Source: Treponema sp.
Lineage (GTDB): Bacteria; Spirochaetota; Spirochaetia; Treponematales; Treponemataceae
Length of the DNA stretch: 64,000 nt
NCBI GenBank assembly: GCA_017450535.1
Contig: JAFSTK010000022.1
Location: 2,540 to 66,539 of the forward strand
Direction: 5' to 3'
A model generated the notes under the pieces. It searched no databases, had not been told where the DNA came from, and saw only the letters and a program-made list of their open reading frames with translations. Within the stretch, counting starts at the first letter, position 1. Each line of letters begins with the position of its first letter. Below are positions 8,902 to 19,256 of this stretch, in pieces. The position numbers and the translations under genes are program-made.

Positions 8902-10200
8902 TTATTCCTCGTAGTGTTCCAATAAAATGCGAGTCGTTGCCGGCTCATGCATTTGTCCAAGGCGTTTGAGATTGTCAGCATAGGTCATGCATCCTGCCAC
9001 AACATCTTTTTTTGTGAGCGCGAGCTGAACAATTGCCATGAACGCTTTCTGGAGTTTTGCGTCGTCGTAGGTGATTGTGTCGCTGGTGAGGATGCTTATC
9101 ATCTTTCCGTACAAACCTGTTGTCTGCATAATCATCTGCAACGACCCTGAGAGCGAGTCTGCCTGCTCTGAATATAATGCCTGAAAAAATCCCTTGAATG
9201 CATCCAACAAAGCTTTGCGTTCCTCGCTGCTGATGTTCATAAACAATTCAAACAAGTAGCACATATGGTCTTGTACGGTGTTCGCATATTTTTCGCGTGT
9301 GGCAAAACTGGGAAAACCGTCGGGCTGCGCTTCCATTATTTTAATCAGCAGACCTGCCAGAAATTCTTGTTCGGAGTCCGCTTTGAAGAACCAGGTGGAA
9401 TCTTCCGTGCGGATAGGGGTGAACGGGGCGAGCTCTTTTTCTGCCTCACGCATATACGTGTCTGCCTCGGAAGTGTAGATGTCCACGTCGTTTCCGCAGC
9501 GGTACAAGCCGTAGTCATTTGGAGCCACATGGGGAACCAAATCTGCCGAATTGATGATGTTGAACACGTTAGGGTAGGGGAGCGCATTTTCTTCGGTGAG
9601 TCCTTGCGGCGCTTCGAGCGTGTAGACATACATGTTTTTCTGCAGAATATCAAAATCTTCGCGGGAAAGAATAAAATGCGCGAGCACATTAGCAACGCCG
9701 CCGCCGCGAGAATAGCCTGAAATCCAAAATTTGAGTTTTGTGTCGTGAAAATGTTTCTGCGTGTATTCCAAAAGCTCCGCATAGATTTTTTCTGCGGCGG
9801 ATGCAAATCCCGCGTGATTGCCTTTTTTGCCCATACGGAAATTGCTTGCCCATTCTGCGCCGTAGTTAAATCCGCGCACCATAATCGCTATAAGGTCGTT
9901 GTCGCCTAATTTTGTGTGAGCAAAAACAAAGCCGATGCTGTTCGCTGAGGGTGGCGCGTCGTAATCTTCGGAAGCGAGAAATGTGTCGAAATGCAGGTTC
10001 TCAGTAAAAAATGCTTCCGCCTCGGTTTTGTCCCCTGTTGCACGGGCGGCATCAAAAGAAAGCAATGCCAGTTCTTTGTTGAAGGTGGTCGCATCTTTTT
10101 TGAAGTGCGACTGCATCGTGTCCTTGTTACAAGAAAAGAACATGAGCGCAATGGCAAGGTTCACGAATAAGATGATTCTTTGTGCAATATGTTTTTTCAT
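8902..10200 (-). CDS. Lipase class 3-like alpha/beta hydrolase, lipoprotein
   Basis: Spirochetal lipobox MFFSC; GYSRGG nucleophile elbow; NSADLVPHV; C-terminal MH. Confidence 0.8.
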   Translation of the reverse strand: MKKHIAQRIILFVNLAIALMFFSCNKDTMQSHFKKDATTFNKELALLSFDAARATGDKTEAEAFFTENLHFDTFLASEDYDAPPSANSIGFVFAHTKLGDNDLIAIMVRGFNYGAEWASNFRMGKKGNHAGFASAAEKIYAELLEYTQKHFHDTKLKFWISGYSRGGGVANVLAHFILSREDFDILQKNMYVYTLEAPQGLTEENALPYPNVFNIINSADLVPHVAPNDYGLYRCGNDVDIYTSEADTYMREAEKELAPFTPIRTEDSTWFFKADSEQEFLAGLLIKIMEAQPDGFPSFATREKYANTVQDHMCYLFELFMNISSEERKALLDAFKGFFQALYSEQADSLSGSLQMIMQTTGLYGKMISILTSDTITYDDAKLQKAFMAIVQLALTKKDVVAGCMTYADNLKRLGQMHEPATTRILLEHYEE

Positions 10201-10338
10201 AGGGACCCCCAGCTTTTGGTATATTACTATTTTAGTACATTTTTAAAAAAGTGTCTTTTGTTTTTTACAAAAAATATGGTAAAATACATTTGCGTGGATG
10301 GCGCGGACAAAAGAGCCCCAAACGCATAGGAGAAAAAA

Positions 10339-11097
10339 ATGAACGAATACAAACAGTGGTATGAAGACGATAAAATTACTTTTCACAGTGAACATAAAGT
10401 GCAGTTCAGCCAGGCAAACAGCCAGAAAACATTGAGTTTCTATGAGTTGCTTAAAGTCACGTCAGATATGGCGGTAGAAGATTATGCGCAGCAAGGCATG
10501 GACAGAGATATGCTCACTGAACACGGATACGCCTGCCTTGTTTCCCGTGTGGCATTCAGATTTCATCGTGTTCCGCGCGAAAATGAGCGGTACATTTTTA
10601 CCACCTATGAAGAAAAGGCTGAGCCGCTTCAGCTCGTCCGCGCATACGAATTTACTTCACCTGACGGAACTCCGCTCATCACGGGTTTAAGTTCATGGCT
10701 TTTGGTGGACCCTGTCGCCCATCGCATCATTCCTACAAAAAAATTTGATTTGCGTCCGCCTGTGGAAACGCAGAAAGAACACGACTGTCTCAAATACGGC
10801 AAAATTGCTGTGCCGGAGCAATTGGATTTGCTGTATGAGCGCACGATTATGTACAGCGACATCGACGGAAACGGGCACGTAAACAATGCGCGTTACGGAG
10901 CATATGTTGCGGACGCTATTCCTGAGTCTTTGCGCGAAAAGACATTCACTGATTTCCGCCTGAACTACGCAAAAGAAGCTAAGCTCGGCGACAAACTGAG
11001 CGTCTATGGTCATATCGACGATGAAGCCAAAAAGTTTACGATTGTCGGAAAAACATCCGAAGGCGTTTCTTTTGAGTCTGAATTGTACTGGAAGTAG
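10339..11097 (+). CDS. Acyl-ACP thioesterase
   Basis: Double hotdog fold; SDIDGNGHVNNARY. Confidence 0.9.
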   Translation: MNEYKQWYEDDKITFHSEHKVQFSQANSQKTLSFYELLKVTSDMAVEDYAQQGMDRDMLTEHGYACLVSRVAFRFHRVPRENERYIFTTYEEKAEPLQLVRAYEFTSPDGTPLITGLSSWLLVDPVAHRIIPTKKFDLRPPVETQKEHDCLKYGKIAVPEQLDLLYERTIMYSDIDGNGHVNNARYGAYVADAIPESLREKTFTDFRLNYAKEAKLGDKLSVYGHIDDEAKKFTIVGKTSEGVSFESELYWK

Positions 11098-11112
11098 GGA
11101 GCCGTTTTTCTG

Positions 11113-11982
11113 TTACGGTTTTCCGGCCAGTTCCTGATACTTTTGCTTGTATTCCTTGGCTTTTTGAGGGTCGGCTTTTACGCCAATTCCGAATCGATAA
11201 ACCATATGAAGCATATCATAGGCATATTTTTTTTCTGAGGTATCAGGACCTTCGGTAATCTGAAGCAAATATGAAAGTCCTCTTTCTGAATCTCGCGGAA
11301 CCACTTTGCCCTGCATCAAATCGATGCCACAAGACAGCATTCCTCTCGTATTCCCTTGCAAAGCGGCTTTTTCATTCCATTCAAAAGATTTTGCCCGGTC
11401 AGCGGTGACGCCAACTCCTTTTTCGTACATATAGCCGACTTGTGCCTGAGCCTCAGCATCGCCAGATTCCGCCGCTTTCAAAAAATAGGTAAAGGCTTTT
11501 GCTTCATCCTGCGGAACATCTGTTCCAATATAATAAATCTCGCCCAACTGATAATCTGCCATGGTATAACCGAGGCTGCTTGCTCTTTGGTAGTTATCAA
11601 TTCCTTTTTTTATGTCTTTTTTTACACCAACTGCATTTGAGTAACAGTAGCCGTACATATAAAACCCTCTGGGGTTTTGCTGTTTTATCGACATGTCCAA
11701 ATATTTTTTTGCAGTTTTCCAATCATTTTCAATCGTCAGATAATGAATTCCTAAATCAGCCATGGCATCGGAATTGCCGGCATTAGCCGCTTTTTGCGCC
11801 CAATAAATGAACTTTTCGGTATCTTTCTCAACATCAAAGTAGCCGTTCTGATAGCAGAGGCTCAAATCATAACAAGCATCGGCATTTCCTGATTCTGCCG
11901 AAGCCAACAGCGAGTCAAATTTTTCGTTTGCGAACAAAAGGCTAGAAATCAGTAAGACTATTGTAAAAAATATTCTTTTCAT
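11113..11982 (-). CDS. Secreted Sel1-repeat protein
   Basis: Signal peptide MKRIFFTIVLLISSLLFA; repeats like AQAQVGYMYEKGVGVTAD..A..W..KAA.QG. Confidence 0.9.
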   Translation of the reverse strand: MKRIFFTIVLLISSLLFANEKFDSLLASAESGNADACYDLSLCYQNGYFDVEKDTEKFIYWAQKAANAGNSDAMADLGIHYLTIENDWKTAKKYLDMSIKQQNPRGFYMYGYCYSNAVGVKKDIKKGIDNYQRASSLGYTMADYQLGEIYYIGTDVPQDEAKAFTYFLKAAESGDAEAQAQVGYMYEKGVGVTADRAKSFEWNEKAALQGNTRGMLSCGIDLMQGKVVPRDSERGLSYLLQITEGPDTSEKKYAYDMLHMVYRFGIGVKADPQKAKEYKQKYQELAGKP

Positions 11983-12084
11983 ATAAAACCTTTCTGCCAT
12001 ATTTGCACTTCCAATATAATAATCCATTGTATCATATTTTTAATTTTAAGTCTAAAAAAGTGCAGGAAAAGTTAAAAAATATAC

Positions 12085-12121
12085 AAAAAAAGCTGCCCCC
12101 GATTGAAGGACAGCCTCTTTT
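12085..12121 (-). terminator. Terminator after efp
   Basis: Minus strand GGCTGTCC...GGGCAGC followed by a U-tract. Confidence 0.6.
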
Positions 12122-12162
12122 GACTAAGTTTTCCGTTGTAAAAACTATCGGTATGTATTCAA

Positions 12163-12732
12163 TTAGTCTTTTGCGCGTTCTACGAATGAACCGTCACGTG
12201 TGTCGATAACAATGCGGTCATCAGTGTTGCAGAACAACGGTACCTTTACTTCGATACCAGTGTCCAGCGTAGCGGGTTTTGTTGACTTACCAGAAGTATC
12301 GCCCTTAACGCCCGGCTCACAGTATGTGATAGTGCGAGTTACGTTTACCGGCAGTTTAACGCCAACCGGCATATCGTTGTAGTAAGTGATTTTTACTTCG
12401 TATTCGTCATCGGGAGAAAGATAACCTGCGTTGTCGCCCAAATCATCTTTTGTAAGGGCAACATCTTCGTAGGTCTCCTGGTCCATAAAGTGGAAGTCAT
12501 CGCCGTCAATGTAAGAAAGCTGAACGGTCTTTTCCACCAATTCTACATCTTCAAATTTTTCACCGGCATCCAAGCCCAAATCCTGTGTTGAACCGGTCAC
12601 AATGTCTTTTACGCGGAGCTTTGTTACCATGCCTGCGCGTCCTGATTTCTGTCCGAGCATGCGCTGTACGATAAACGGGTGTCCTTCATACATAAATGCG
12701 CTGCCTACTCTGATTTCACCTGTAGTAATCAT
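12163..12732 (-). CDS. efp: Elongation factor P, Arg32 (rhamnosylated) type
   Basis: KSGR(32)AG loop; PGVKGDT, KPATLDTG, VPLF. Confidence 0.97.
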   Translation of the reverse strand: MITTGEIRVGSAFMYEGHPFIVQRMLGQKSGRAGMVTKLRVKDIVTGSTQDLGLDAGEKFEDVELVEKTVQLSYIDGDDFHFMDQETYEDVALTKDDLGDNAGYLSPDDEYEVKITYYNDMPVGVKLPVNVTRTITYCEPGVKGDTSGKSTKPATLDTGIEVKVPLFCNTDDRIVIDTRDGSFVERAKD

Positions 12733-12813
12733 TTTCTTCCCTTATTAAAAACTAAGAATCGCCGAAAAGCGTATGATTATGATAGCAGATTTTTTTCTTT
12801 TTTTCAATACCAA

Positions 12814-13956
12814 TTATAAAGGGGGAAAGCCCTGCGAAAACCCGCGAATCCATTCCAGCAAGTGTGCGGCCAAGTTTCCGTTTGCAACTGTATCGTCAGA
12901 AAAGCGCGAAAAACCATCTTTTAGTGCGGAAATATGTTGTAACAGCGTGAGCAATCCGTCTGCGCTGTCTTTTCCCACATTGTATGCGCGCGTGTATTCA
13001 TCGTATGCGCAAAAGGCGTCTTTGTTCAGGTACGTTTTTAACCGTTCGTTCAGCGCAGCGAGTTTTACCAAGTGATAGTCCTCATCCTGAATATACGCCT
13101 GCCACACAAATGGAACGCCTGCGAGACATGCACGGCTCAAACTGTCTTCACCGCGGACAAAATTAAAGTCAGAGCGGCACAAAAGCGCGTCCCATTGCTC
13201 TTGAGGGAGGAAGGAGAGCGTTTCAGTAGCGAATGGTTTTCCGGCTTTTTCCCATGCCTGCATGAACGGCGCATAGCTTTTTCCCGCGGCAACTGATACG
13301 CGCACTAGTCGTCCGCTTTGCGCCTGAAACTCCGCCAATGCCTGCACCACTGGCATACAATCGCGCTCGTAGGAAAAAAAGATGACGGAAAAATCTTGAG
13401 ATGTCTTGTGGGCGACCGCTTCTGCCTGCGCATGGTTTCGTGCGGTCATAAATGCATTGTCCAAAATCAAGCCGCCAGTTTTGTTCGTAAAGCCCGGCAT
13501 AAAATTGATTTTTTTTACCCATTGGCTCCGGGTTCCGCTTTTGAGCAGATGGAAATCATCGGCGTAATCTTCGGCGGTAAGGTAATCGATGTTTGCGATG
13601 TGGACGATATTCTGTTCGTTTGCGATTCCTTTTTCAAAAATAAGTGTGTCCAGCCAGTCGGGGCGACCGCATTGAAAACATTCCAGAATGATTGCTGGCG
13701 GCTCTTGGGTAAAGGCGCGCGCACACACATCGCTTGCATTCCAGTCGAAAATCTGCCAGCCGTAACAGGTTTGCTCTGATTTTGTCGGGTCAATGTGTGG
13801 AGCAAGCGCGACAAAAGACAGCAAATCGCTTACGACAAGACGCAGGTGCAGGGAAGCATCTGATTCTGTCAGCGCGCGGGCAAGACGGTACACAAAGCCG
13901 ATGTCGCCAAAATTGTCCACCACTTTGCAGAGAATCGTGATATTCTTTTTGTCCAT
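12814..13956 (-). CDS. earP: EF-P arginine rhamnosyltransferase EarP
   Basis: CKVVDNFGDIG, FMPGFT..TGGL, NFVRGEDS, W.AY.Q...HL.KL; directly upstream of efp. Confidence 0.95.
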   Translation of the reverse strand: MDKKNITILCKVVDNFGDIGFVYRLARALTESDASLHLRLVVSDLLSFVALAPHIDPTKSEQTCYGWQIFDWNASDVCARAFTQEPPAIILECFQCGRPDWLDTLIFEKGIANEQNIVHIANIDYLTAEDYADDFHLLKSGTRSQWVKKINFMPGFTNKTGGLILDNAFMTARNHAQAEAVAHKTSQDFSVIFFSYERDCMPVVQALAEFQAQSGRLVRVSVAAGKSYAPFMQAWEKAGKPFATETLSFLPQEQWDALLCRSDFNFVRGEDSLSRACLAGVPFVWQAYIQDEDYHLVKLAALNERLKTYLNKDAFCAYDEYTRAYNVGKDSADGLLTLLQHISALKDGFSRFSDDTVANGNLAAHLLEWIRGFSQGFPPL

Positions 13957-13979
13957 GCTTTCCTGCCTTTGCGTTTCCG

Positions 13980-16193
13980 TTAGAAGCGCAATCCAAACTG
14001 TATGCTGGGAATTGCCTCTACGCTGTCGCCAAAGTGAATTGCGCCCATTTTTTTCGGCGTGATGGAAGAGTCAAATGCGGCATCGTTATAACCGTCAATG
14101 TGAAAGTCAAATACAGGACCTGCAAAAATCTGCCAGCGGTGACGGGGTTTAAGCGACAGAGTCAGTCTGAGCGCAGGCACATACGAAACTTTTGCGTTAT
14201 CATCAAAATCCCAGATAAATCGATACCAGCCATCTATATTCATCATCAGTGGACCGATAATATTTTGTTGTGTTCCCAAACCAGTGCTTAACGTGAGCGA
14301 GCGGGAAACATTATTCGGGTTCAGATTCAGCAGCGCGCTTGCGTAAATCATCTGCGTACCAATATGGGCACCGAATCCAAAACTTGCGTCGGTATTGATA
14401 TTAATTTCCGGAACAAAATTAAACTTCCATGCGTAGTTCAGTTTTCCGTCACGGATAAGCTGACGTTTTTCCGCGCCTTTGATTTTTTCAATTTCAAGGG
14501 CATCCGCATCCAGCAGAATTTTTCCCGCTTTCACTTTATATGCGATACATTTGTGAGGTCCAATCCGTTGTTTTTCAGTCGTATTTAAAAGCTGACCGCT
14601 CGCAGAATAATGTTCAATTTGTAATGTGACGGGACTGGGGGCAATGCTTCCTCGATAGAGCACCACCGTAAAGTCAGCGTTAGCCGGAAAACCAATGGTC
14701 AGCAAGTGTCCGAGAATCTGTACCGAAGCGATTGGCGAACGCAGGGTGGTGTAAATGATGCGACTGTCTTTTACGCGGGCTACCAGCGAATGGTCTTTGT
14801 CAAAAACAGCGCATTCAAAACTGCCGTTAATCAGCAGTTGTGTGCTCCCCAAGTCAGAAAAAATCTCATGCTCATCGCCTGAAAGCATCCATGCAAGATA
14901 TGTCTCATTGGCATGCATGTCCAGAAATGCGTCCATGGTGTAGTCAATCAATCCATCGGTGGAGTTGTTCGCCCAGTCAAGCAGATTTTCGCTAAGCGAT
15001 TTTGATGAACGGGCACTTTCAGTAATGGTTTTTCCGGGAACGTCAACGACAACGGGCTGTGGTGCAGGGGCAACCGGCGGTGGTGCAGGGGCAACAGGTG
15101 TGTCATCATCTGGCGGAAAAATCTTCCACATTATCGAGGAGATTATCTTGTTCAGACCGAGCAGTTTTCCGTAATATTTGTTCACGGTAGAATACAGCGC
15201 GGTCAGAAAGCGGGTTATCTGAATGGGAACAAACGGACCGATTTTGAACGGAGCGTAATCACGTTTTACAAAATCAACATAATATTTGTTCATTTTTGGA
15301 TAGAGGTCGTTGTAGTATGTGTCAGAATCGGTGTTCCATGCGTTTGCAAGCGTCAGAACATGTCCGAATTTATGATACTTCCATCGGTCACGAGAAAGGG
15401 GCACTGCGGGCACGATATCTTCTGCATTGACGATATTCCAGATAAAATTATATTTTTCATTTTGGGAATTGATGTCAGTGGTCACATTTGGCGAGGCAAA
15501 AGCGTATGCGTAAATATGTTCGGTGTTGAACTGGGGATTTTTTGAAAGATTTGCCGCTAACAGATTGGTGACTGCGCCGCCACGGCTATGTCCGGTAATC
15601 AAAAAATATGCTTCTGACGGCTGAATTTTATACTTTATCAGATAAGTCAGCAAGGCGGTCTCAATTTGCAACGATGTTTTTAGAAATCCTCTGTGCAATA
15701 CGTCGCCGTCCTCGCTGGCATTTCCTACGTCGAAATTAGAAATCCATTCGCTTGCTTCTGCCGGTGTGCCACGAATAATGACAAAGACGAGAGTTTTTTT
15801 GCCCTTTGCTGAATTGATTTCTTTTTTTGTAATCGTAAATGCGCATTGGTCATAACCCCAGGTGGGATCGTTGTAATCTAGTTTGTAATGATACTCAATG
15901 TCGTCTTTGTCGATGCCCATGAGCAACAGCGTTTGTGACCGCGCGTCAGAAAATGCAGGTCTGACACTGAGGTACGAAACTTCTGAAAGCAGACAGGCCA
16001 TGCGAGCGATAGAATGATTGTATACCGTCGGCGAATCTTTTCCGAACTGACTTTCATCCCAGTCGATTACTGTCGGGATGGGTTCTGGTTCACGAGTAAA
16101 AAGACCTGAGACGGGAAATTCAATTGGTTTGGAAAAAAGGGGCAGAGAACAGAGTGCAAAAAATGTCAGACAAACTGCTTTTGTGATTTTCAT
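13980..16193 (-). CDS. Secreted lipase class 3 domain protein with Pro-rich linker and beta-rich C-terminus
   Basis: Signal peptide; IRGT, LHRGF, TGHSRGGA, NAEDIVPAVP; ends SIQFGLRF. Confidence 0.8.
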   Translation of the reverse strand: MKITKAVCLTFFALCSLPLFSKPIEFPVSGLFTREPEPIPTVIDWDESQFGKDSPTVYNHSIARMACLLSEVSYLSVRPAFSDARSQTLLLMGIDKDDIEYHYKLDYNDPTWGYDQCAFTITKKEINSAKGKKTLVFVIIRGTPAEASEWISNFDVGNASEDGDVLHRGFLKTSLQIETALLTYLIKYKIQPSEAYFLITGHSRGGAVTNLLAANLSKNPQFNTEHIYAYAFASPNVTTDINSQNEKYNFIWNIVNAEDIVPAVPLSRDRWKYHKFGHVLTLANAWNTDSDTYYNDLYPKMNKYYVDFVKRDYAPFKIGPFVPIQITRFLTALYSTVNKYYGKLLGLNKIISSIMWKIFPPDDDTPVAPAPPPVAPAPQPVVVDVPGKTITESARSSKSLSENLLDWANNSTDGLIDYTMDAFLDMHANETYLAWMLSGDEHEIFSDLGSTQLLINGSFECAVFDKDHSLVARVKDSRIIYTTLRSPIASVQILGHLLTIGFPANADFTVVLYRGSIAPSPVTLQIEHYSASGQLLNTTEKQRIGPHKCIAYKVKAGKILLDADALEIEKIKGAEKRQLIRDGKLNYAWKFNFVPEININTDASFGFGAHIGTQMIYASALLNLNPNNVSRSLTLSTGLGTQQNIIGPLMMNIDGWYRFIWDFDDNAKVSYVPALRLTLSLKPRHRWQIFAGPVFDFHIDGYNDAAFDSSITPKKMGAIHFGDSVEAIPSIQFGLRF

Positions 16194-16208
16194 GTCTCTG
16201 TTCTCGCA

Positions 16209-17471
16209 TTACAACGTGGTGCTGCTGTCTTCCGCGCTGTCCAAAGTGACTTTTAGTTTCTGTGATTTTCCGTCTCGCCATACAGTGACGGTTACACTGT
16301 CGCCAGGTCGTTTGCTTTCCAGCGCGCTCGTGTAGTCCGCATACGTGCGGATGTTGATGTTGTCGATGCCGATGATGATGTCGCCACCCAGGTAAATGGT
16401 AGTGGGATTCCAACGGCTACCGTATTGTACAGCCTTTGTTCCGCCTCGAATACCGCCACGTTCTGCGCCACTTCCTTTTTGTACGGAGCTGACCAAAATG
16501 CCTGTGCTGATTTCCAATCCTGCGTACTGCGCGATAGAACTGGTCATTTGCACCGGAACAATGTTGATGACTCCGCGATTCACTTTGCCGAACTGGAGCA
16601 AATCATTTACGACGCGGCGTGCGGTGGAAACGGGAATGGCAAATCCAACGCCAGCAGAACTGCCGGAATTTGAGATAATCATGGTGTTGATGCCAACCAT
16701 TTTGCCGTTCGTGTCCAAAAGCGGGCCGCCTGAGTTTCCGGGGTTGATGGCCGCGTCTGTCTGAATCATGTTGCGGATAATTACATTTTTGCTTTCTTGA
16801 ATCGGACGACCAAGACCAGAGATGATTCCCGTGGTCATCGTGCGTTCCAAAGCAAACGGATTTCCAATGGCGATAACTTTTTGACCGACCTTTAATTTTT
16901 CGCTGTCGCCAAAATCGATTGTTTTGAGCTCAACATTTTTTGGCGGGTCAAATTTAAGCACGGCAATGTCGCTTTCTACGTCTTGACCGATAATTCTGCC
17001 CTCATAGGTGGAACCGTCGGCAAGTGCGATGCTGATTTTGCTTGCGTTTGAGATGACGTGCACATTGGTCACCACGTAGCCGCGCTTGTCGATGATTGAG
17101 CCGGAACCAGAGCCGCCGTCCTGAACAATTGGCTCCAAAAACCAGTTTACGCCCATCACTTGCGTGGTGATGTTTACGACGGCTTCATTGCATTTTTCAT
17201 AGACAAAGATGTTCTGGTTTTCGTCCTGCGTGTAAGAGACGTCCGGCGCAGATTTTGTGGCGGCTGGCAACACAGCGGAATCCGTGGCGAGCGTTTGATC
17301 TGTTTCCTGCGCGCTTTCAGCGGTTGCCGTTGCTTCTGAAGAGTCAATTGTCTCGTCCGCTTTTGTAGTGCGGTTGTTCAGAGAAAAAGTGATTGCTAAG
17401 GCTGCTACGGCACCGATTGCAATTCCTTGTACTGTAGCACGGACGAGATGCCGTCGTGAATATAACTTCAT
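16209..17471 (-). CDS. htrA: HtrA/DegP-family serine protease with one PDZ domain
   Basis: GSGSII, TNVHV, DIAVLK, QTDAAINPGNSGGPL. Confidence 0.93.
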   Translation of the reverse strand: MKLYSRRHLVRATVQGIAIGAVAALAITFSLNNRTTKADETIDSSEATATAESAQETDQTLATDSAVLPAATKSAPDVSYTQDENQNIFVYEKCNEAVVNITTQVMGVNWFLEPIVQDGGSGSGSIIDKRGYVVTNVHVISNASKISIALADGSTYEGRIIGQDVESDIAVLKFDPPKNVELKTIDFGDSEKLKVGQKVIAIGNPFALERTMTTGIISGLGRPIQESKNVIIRNMIQTDAAINPGNSGGPLLDTNGKMVGINTMIISNSGSSAGVGFAIPVSTARRVVNDLLQFGKVNRGVINIVPVQMTSSIAQYAGLEISTGILVSSVQKGSGAERGGIRGGTKAVQYGSRWNPTTIYLGGDIIIGIDNINIRTYADYTSALESKRPGDSVTVTVWRDGKSQKLKVTLDSAEDSSTTL

Positions 17472-17483
17472 TGCCTTATCCTG

Positions 17484-19175
17484 TTATTCTTGCGATTTCT
17501 GCTGTTTTTTCTCGCGAGAACCTTCTTCCAGACGCAAGGTTTCGGTAATGTTGTCGCAAATTTCCGAGGGACCAAAATACTGAATCGGACCCGGATAGAC
17601 ATAGGCGGTTTTGTTTGCCCAGTTAAAGCGGTTTGCCACCAATTCTTTGTACGGCGCGCCCTTCAAGTCAACGAGTGACTTTGCGATAACCGGAACCATT
17701 TTTCCTTTGCGCTCTTCCATATTCATCATCATGGTAAGCGGAATACCGCCTGCAGTCCATTCAGAGACAGGCTTTGCAAGGTTGCGCACGTTTGCGATGT
17801 AGCCGGTGAGACCGTTCGCGATGAGCATGAATGCAGTTTTGCCAAGAGAGTAGCAGTAGTTAGCGTCAAAATTGCTCGGCGGAACGGCACGCCCTTCATA
17901 GCCATAGAACATAGAAAGCGGCGCAAACTTACCGTTAAAGGTACCAGCCGCCTCCATACTGGCAAGGTAGTCACGAATCATGTAGATGAACAGTTTTTCT
18001 GTCTCAATCTGAGAAACCATGATGTTGCCGTGCGGGTCGCGTAAGCCCAAGAACTGCTCTGCGATTTCGTCGGGCAGCTGGTCGAGCGTGTAATATGCCT
18101 GCTGGGAAATCTTGTTGATAAGCCAGCGTTTCTTTGAGTCCAATGTAGTGAGCGCGGTAAAGACCTTTTCGTAGTCGCCCCAACAGTGGTTCAGCTCTTG
18201 AATCAGTCTTTCTGTCTCAGGAATGAATTCAACAATTCCCTCTGGAATCAGAACGATACCAAAGTTCTCGCCGTTAGCCGCGCGGTGTGCGATGACATGG
18301 CAGATGTTGAACAGAATTTCCTGCAAGGTGGAATTGTTCGCCTTGATTTCCTCGCCAATGAGCGTTACGTTTGGGTGCACTTGCAGACCAACTTCCAGCG
18401 CGATGTGGCTGGCTGAGCGTCCCATGAGTTTGACAAAGTTCCAGTATTTTTTTGCAGAGGCTGTATCGCGCGCCAAGTTGCCGATTACCTCAGAATAGAC
18501 TTTTGTAGCGGTGTCAAAACCAAAACTAGTCTCAATATATTCGTTCTTCAAGTCGCCGTCGATGGTCTTTGGAACACCGATAACCTGAACCGGCAATTTG
18601 CGCTGCTTGAACTGTTCTGCCAAAAATGCCGCGTTCGTGTTGCTGTCGTCGCCGCCAACAATGACCAGAGAATCCAGCCGCAAATCCGTGACGTTTTTAA
18701 TGGCGGCTTCAATTTGCTCTTCTGTCTCAATCTTAGTGCGTCCGCTGCCAATCATATCGAATCCGCCTGTGTTGCGGTACTGGTCGATACGGTCTGCGGT
18801 CAACAATTCATAATCGTTTGCTACGAGTCCTCCCGGTCCCAGATGAAAACCAAATAATTCTGAGTCGGGGTTTGCCGCTTTGAGTCCGTCAAAAAGTCCG
18901 CAGATAACATTGTGTCCACCGGGTGCCTGACCACCGCTGAGAAGAATGCCCGTTCTGTGAGGTTTGCCTGCAAATTCATTTTTACCAGCAATAAATTTGA
19001 CGATGGGCATTCCGTAAGTTTGTGGATAAGCCGCCTTGATACTGTCAGCATCTTTTTCTGGAACGACAGATTCACCCTGTTCAACTTGTACTAAAGTTGC
19101 GTCCTGCTTGAGAATCTCCGGAACCGCCGGCTGATAATTGTAGCGTTCTTTCTGAAGTATTGAAATATCACTCAT
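17484..19175 (-). CDS. pfp: Diphosphate--fructose-6-phosphate 1-phosphotransferase (PPi-PFK)
   Basis: SGGQAPGGHN, GGDDSNTNA, PKTIDGD, MGRSASH, GYEGR. Confidence 0.96.
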   Translation of the reverse strand: MSDISILQKERYNYQPAVPEILKQDATLVQVEQGESVVPEKDADSIKAAYPQTYGMPIVKFIAGKNEFAGKPHRTGILLSGGQAPGGHNVICGLFDGLKAANPDSELFGFHLGPGGLVANDYELLTADRIDQYRNTGGFDMIGSGRTKIETEEQIEAAIKNVTDLRLDSLVIVGGDDSNTNAAFLAEQFKQRKLPVQVIGVPKTIDGDLKNEYIETSFGFDTATKVYSEVIGNLARDTASAKKYWNFVKLMGRSASHIALEVGLQVHPNVTLIGEEIKANNSTLQEILFNICHVIAHRAANGENFGIVLIPEGIVEFIPETERLIQELNHCWGDYEKVFTALTTLDSKKRWLINKISQQAYYTLDQLPDEIAEQFLGLRDPHGNIMVSQIETEKLFIYMIRDYLASMEAAGTFNGKFAPLSMFYGYEGRAVPPSNFDANYCYSLGKTAFMLIANGLTGYIANVRNLAKPVSEWTAGGIPLTMMMNMEERKGKMVPVIAKSLVDLKGAPYKELVANRFNWANKTAYVYPGPIQYFGPSEICDNITETLRLEEGSREKKQQKSQE

Positions 19176-19256
19176 TCTTCTATTATGAGCGAAAATCAGT
19201 AATTTTTAAAGTAGTTTAGGCAAAAAAAAGCATGATTTCATAAAGAAGATAAAAAA

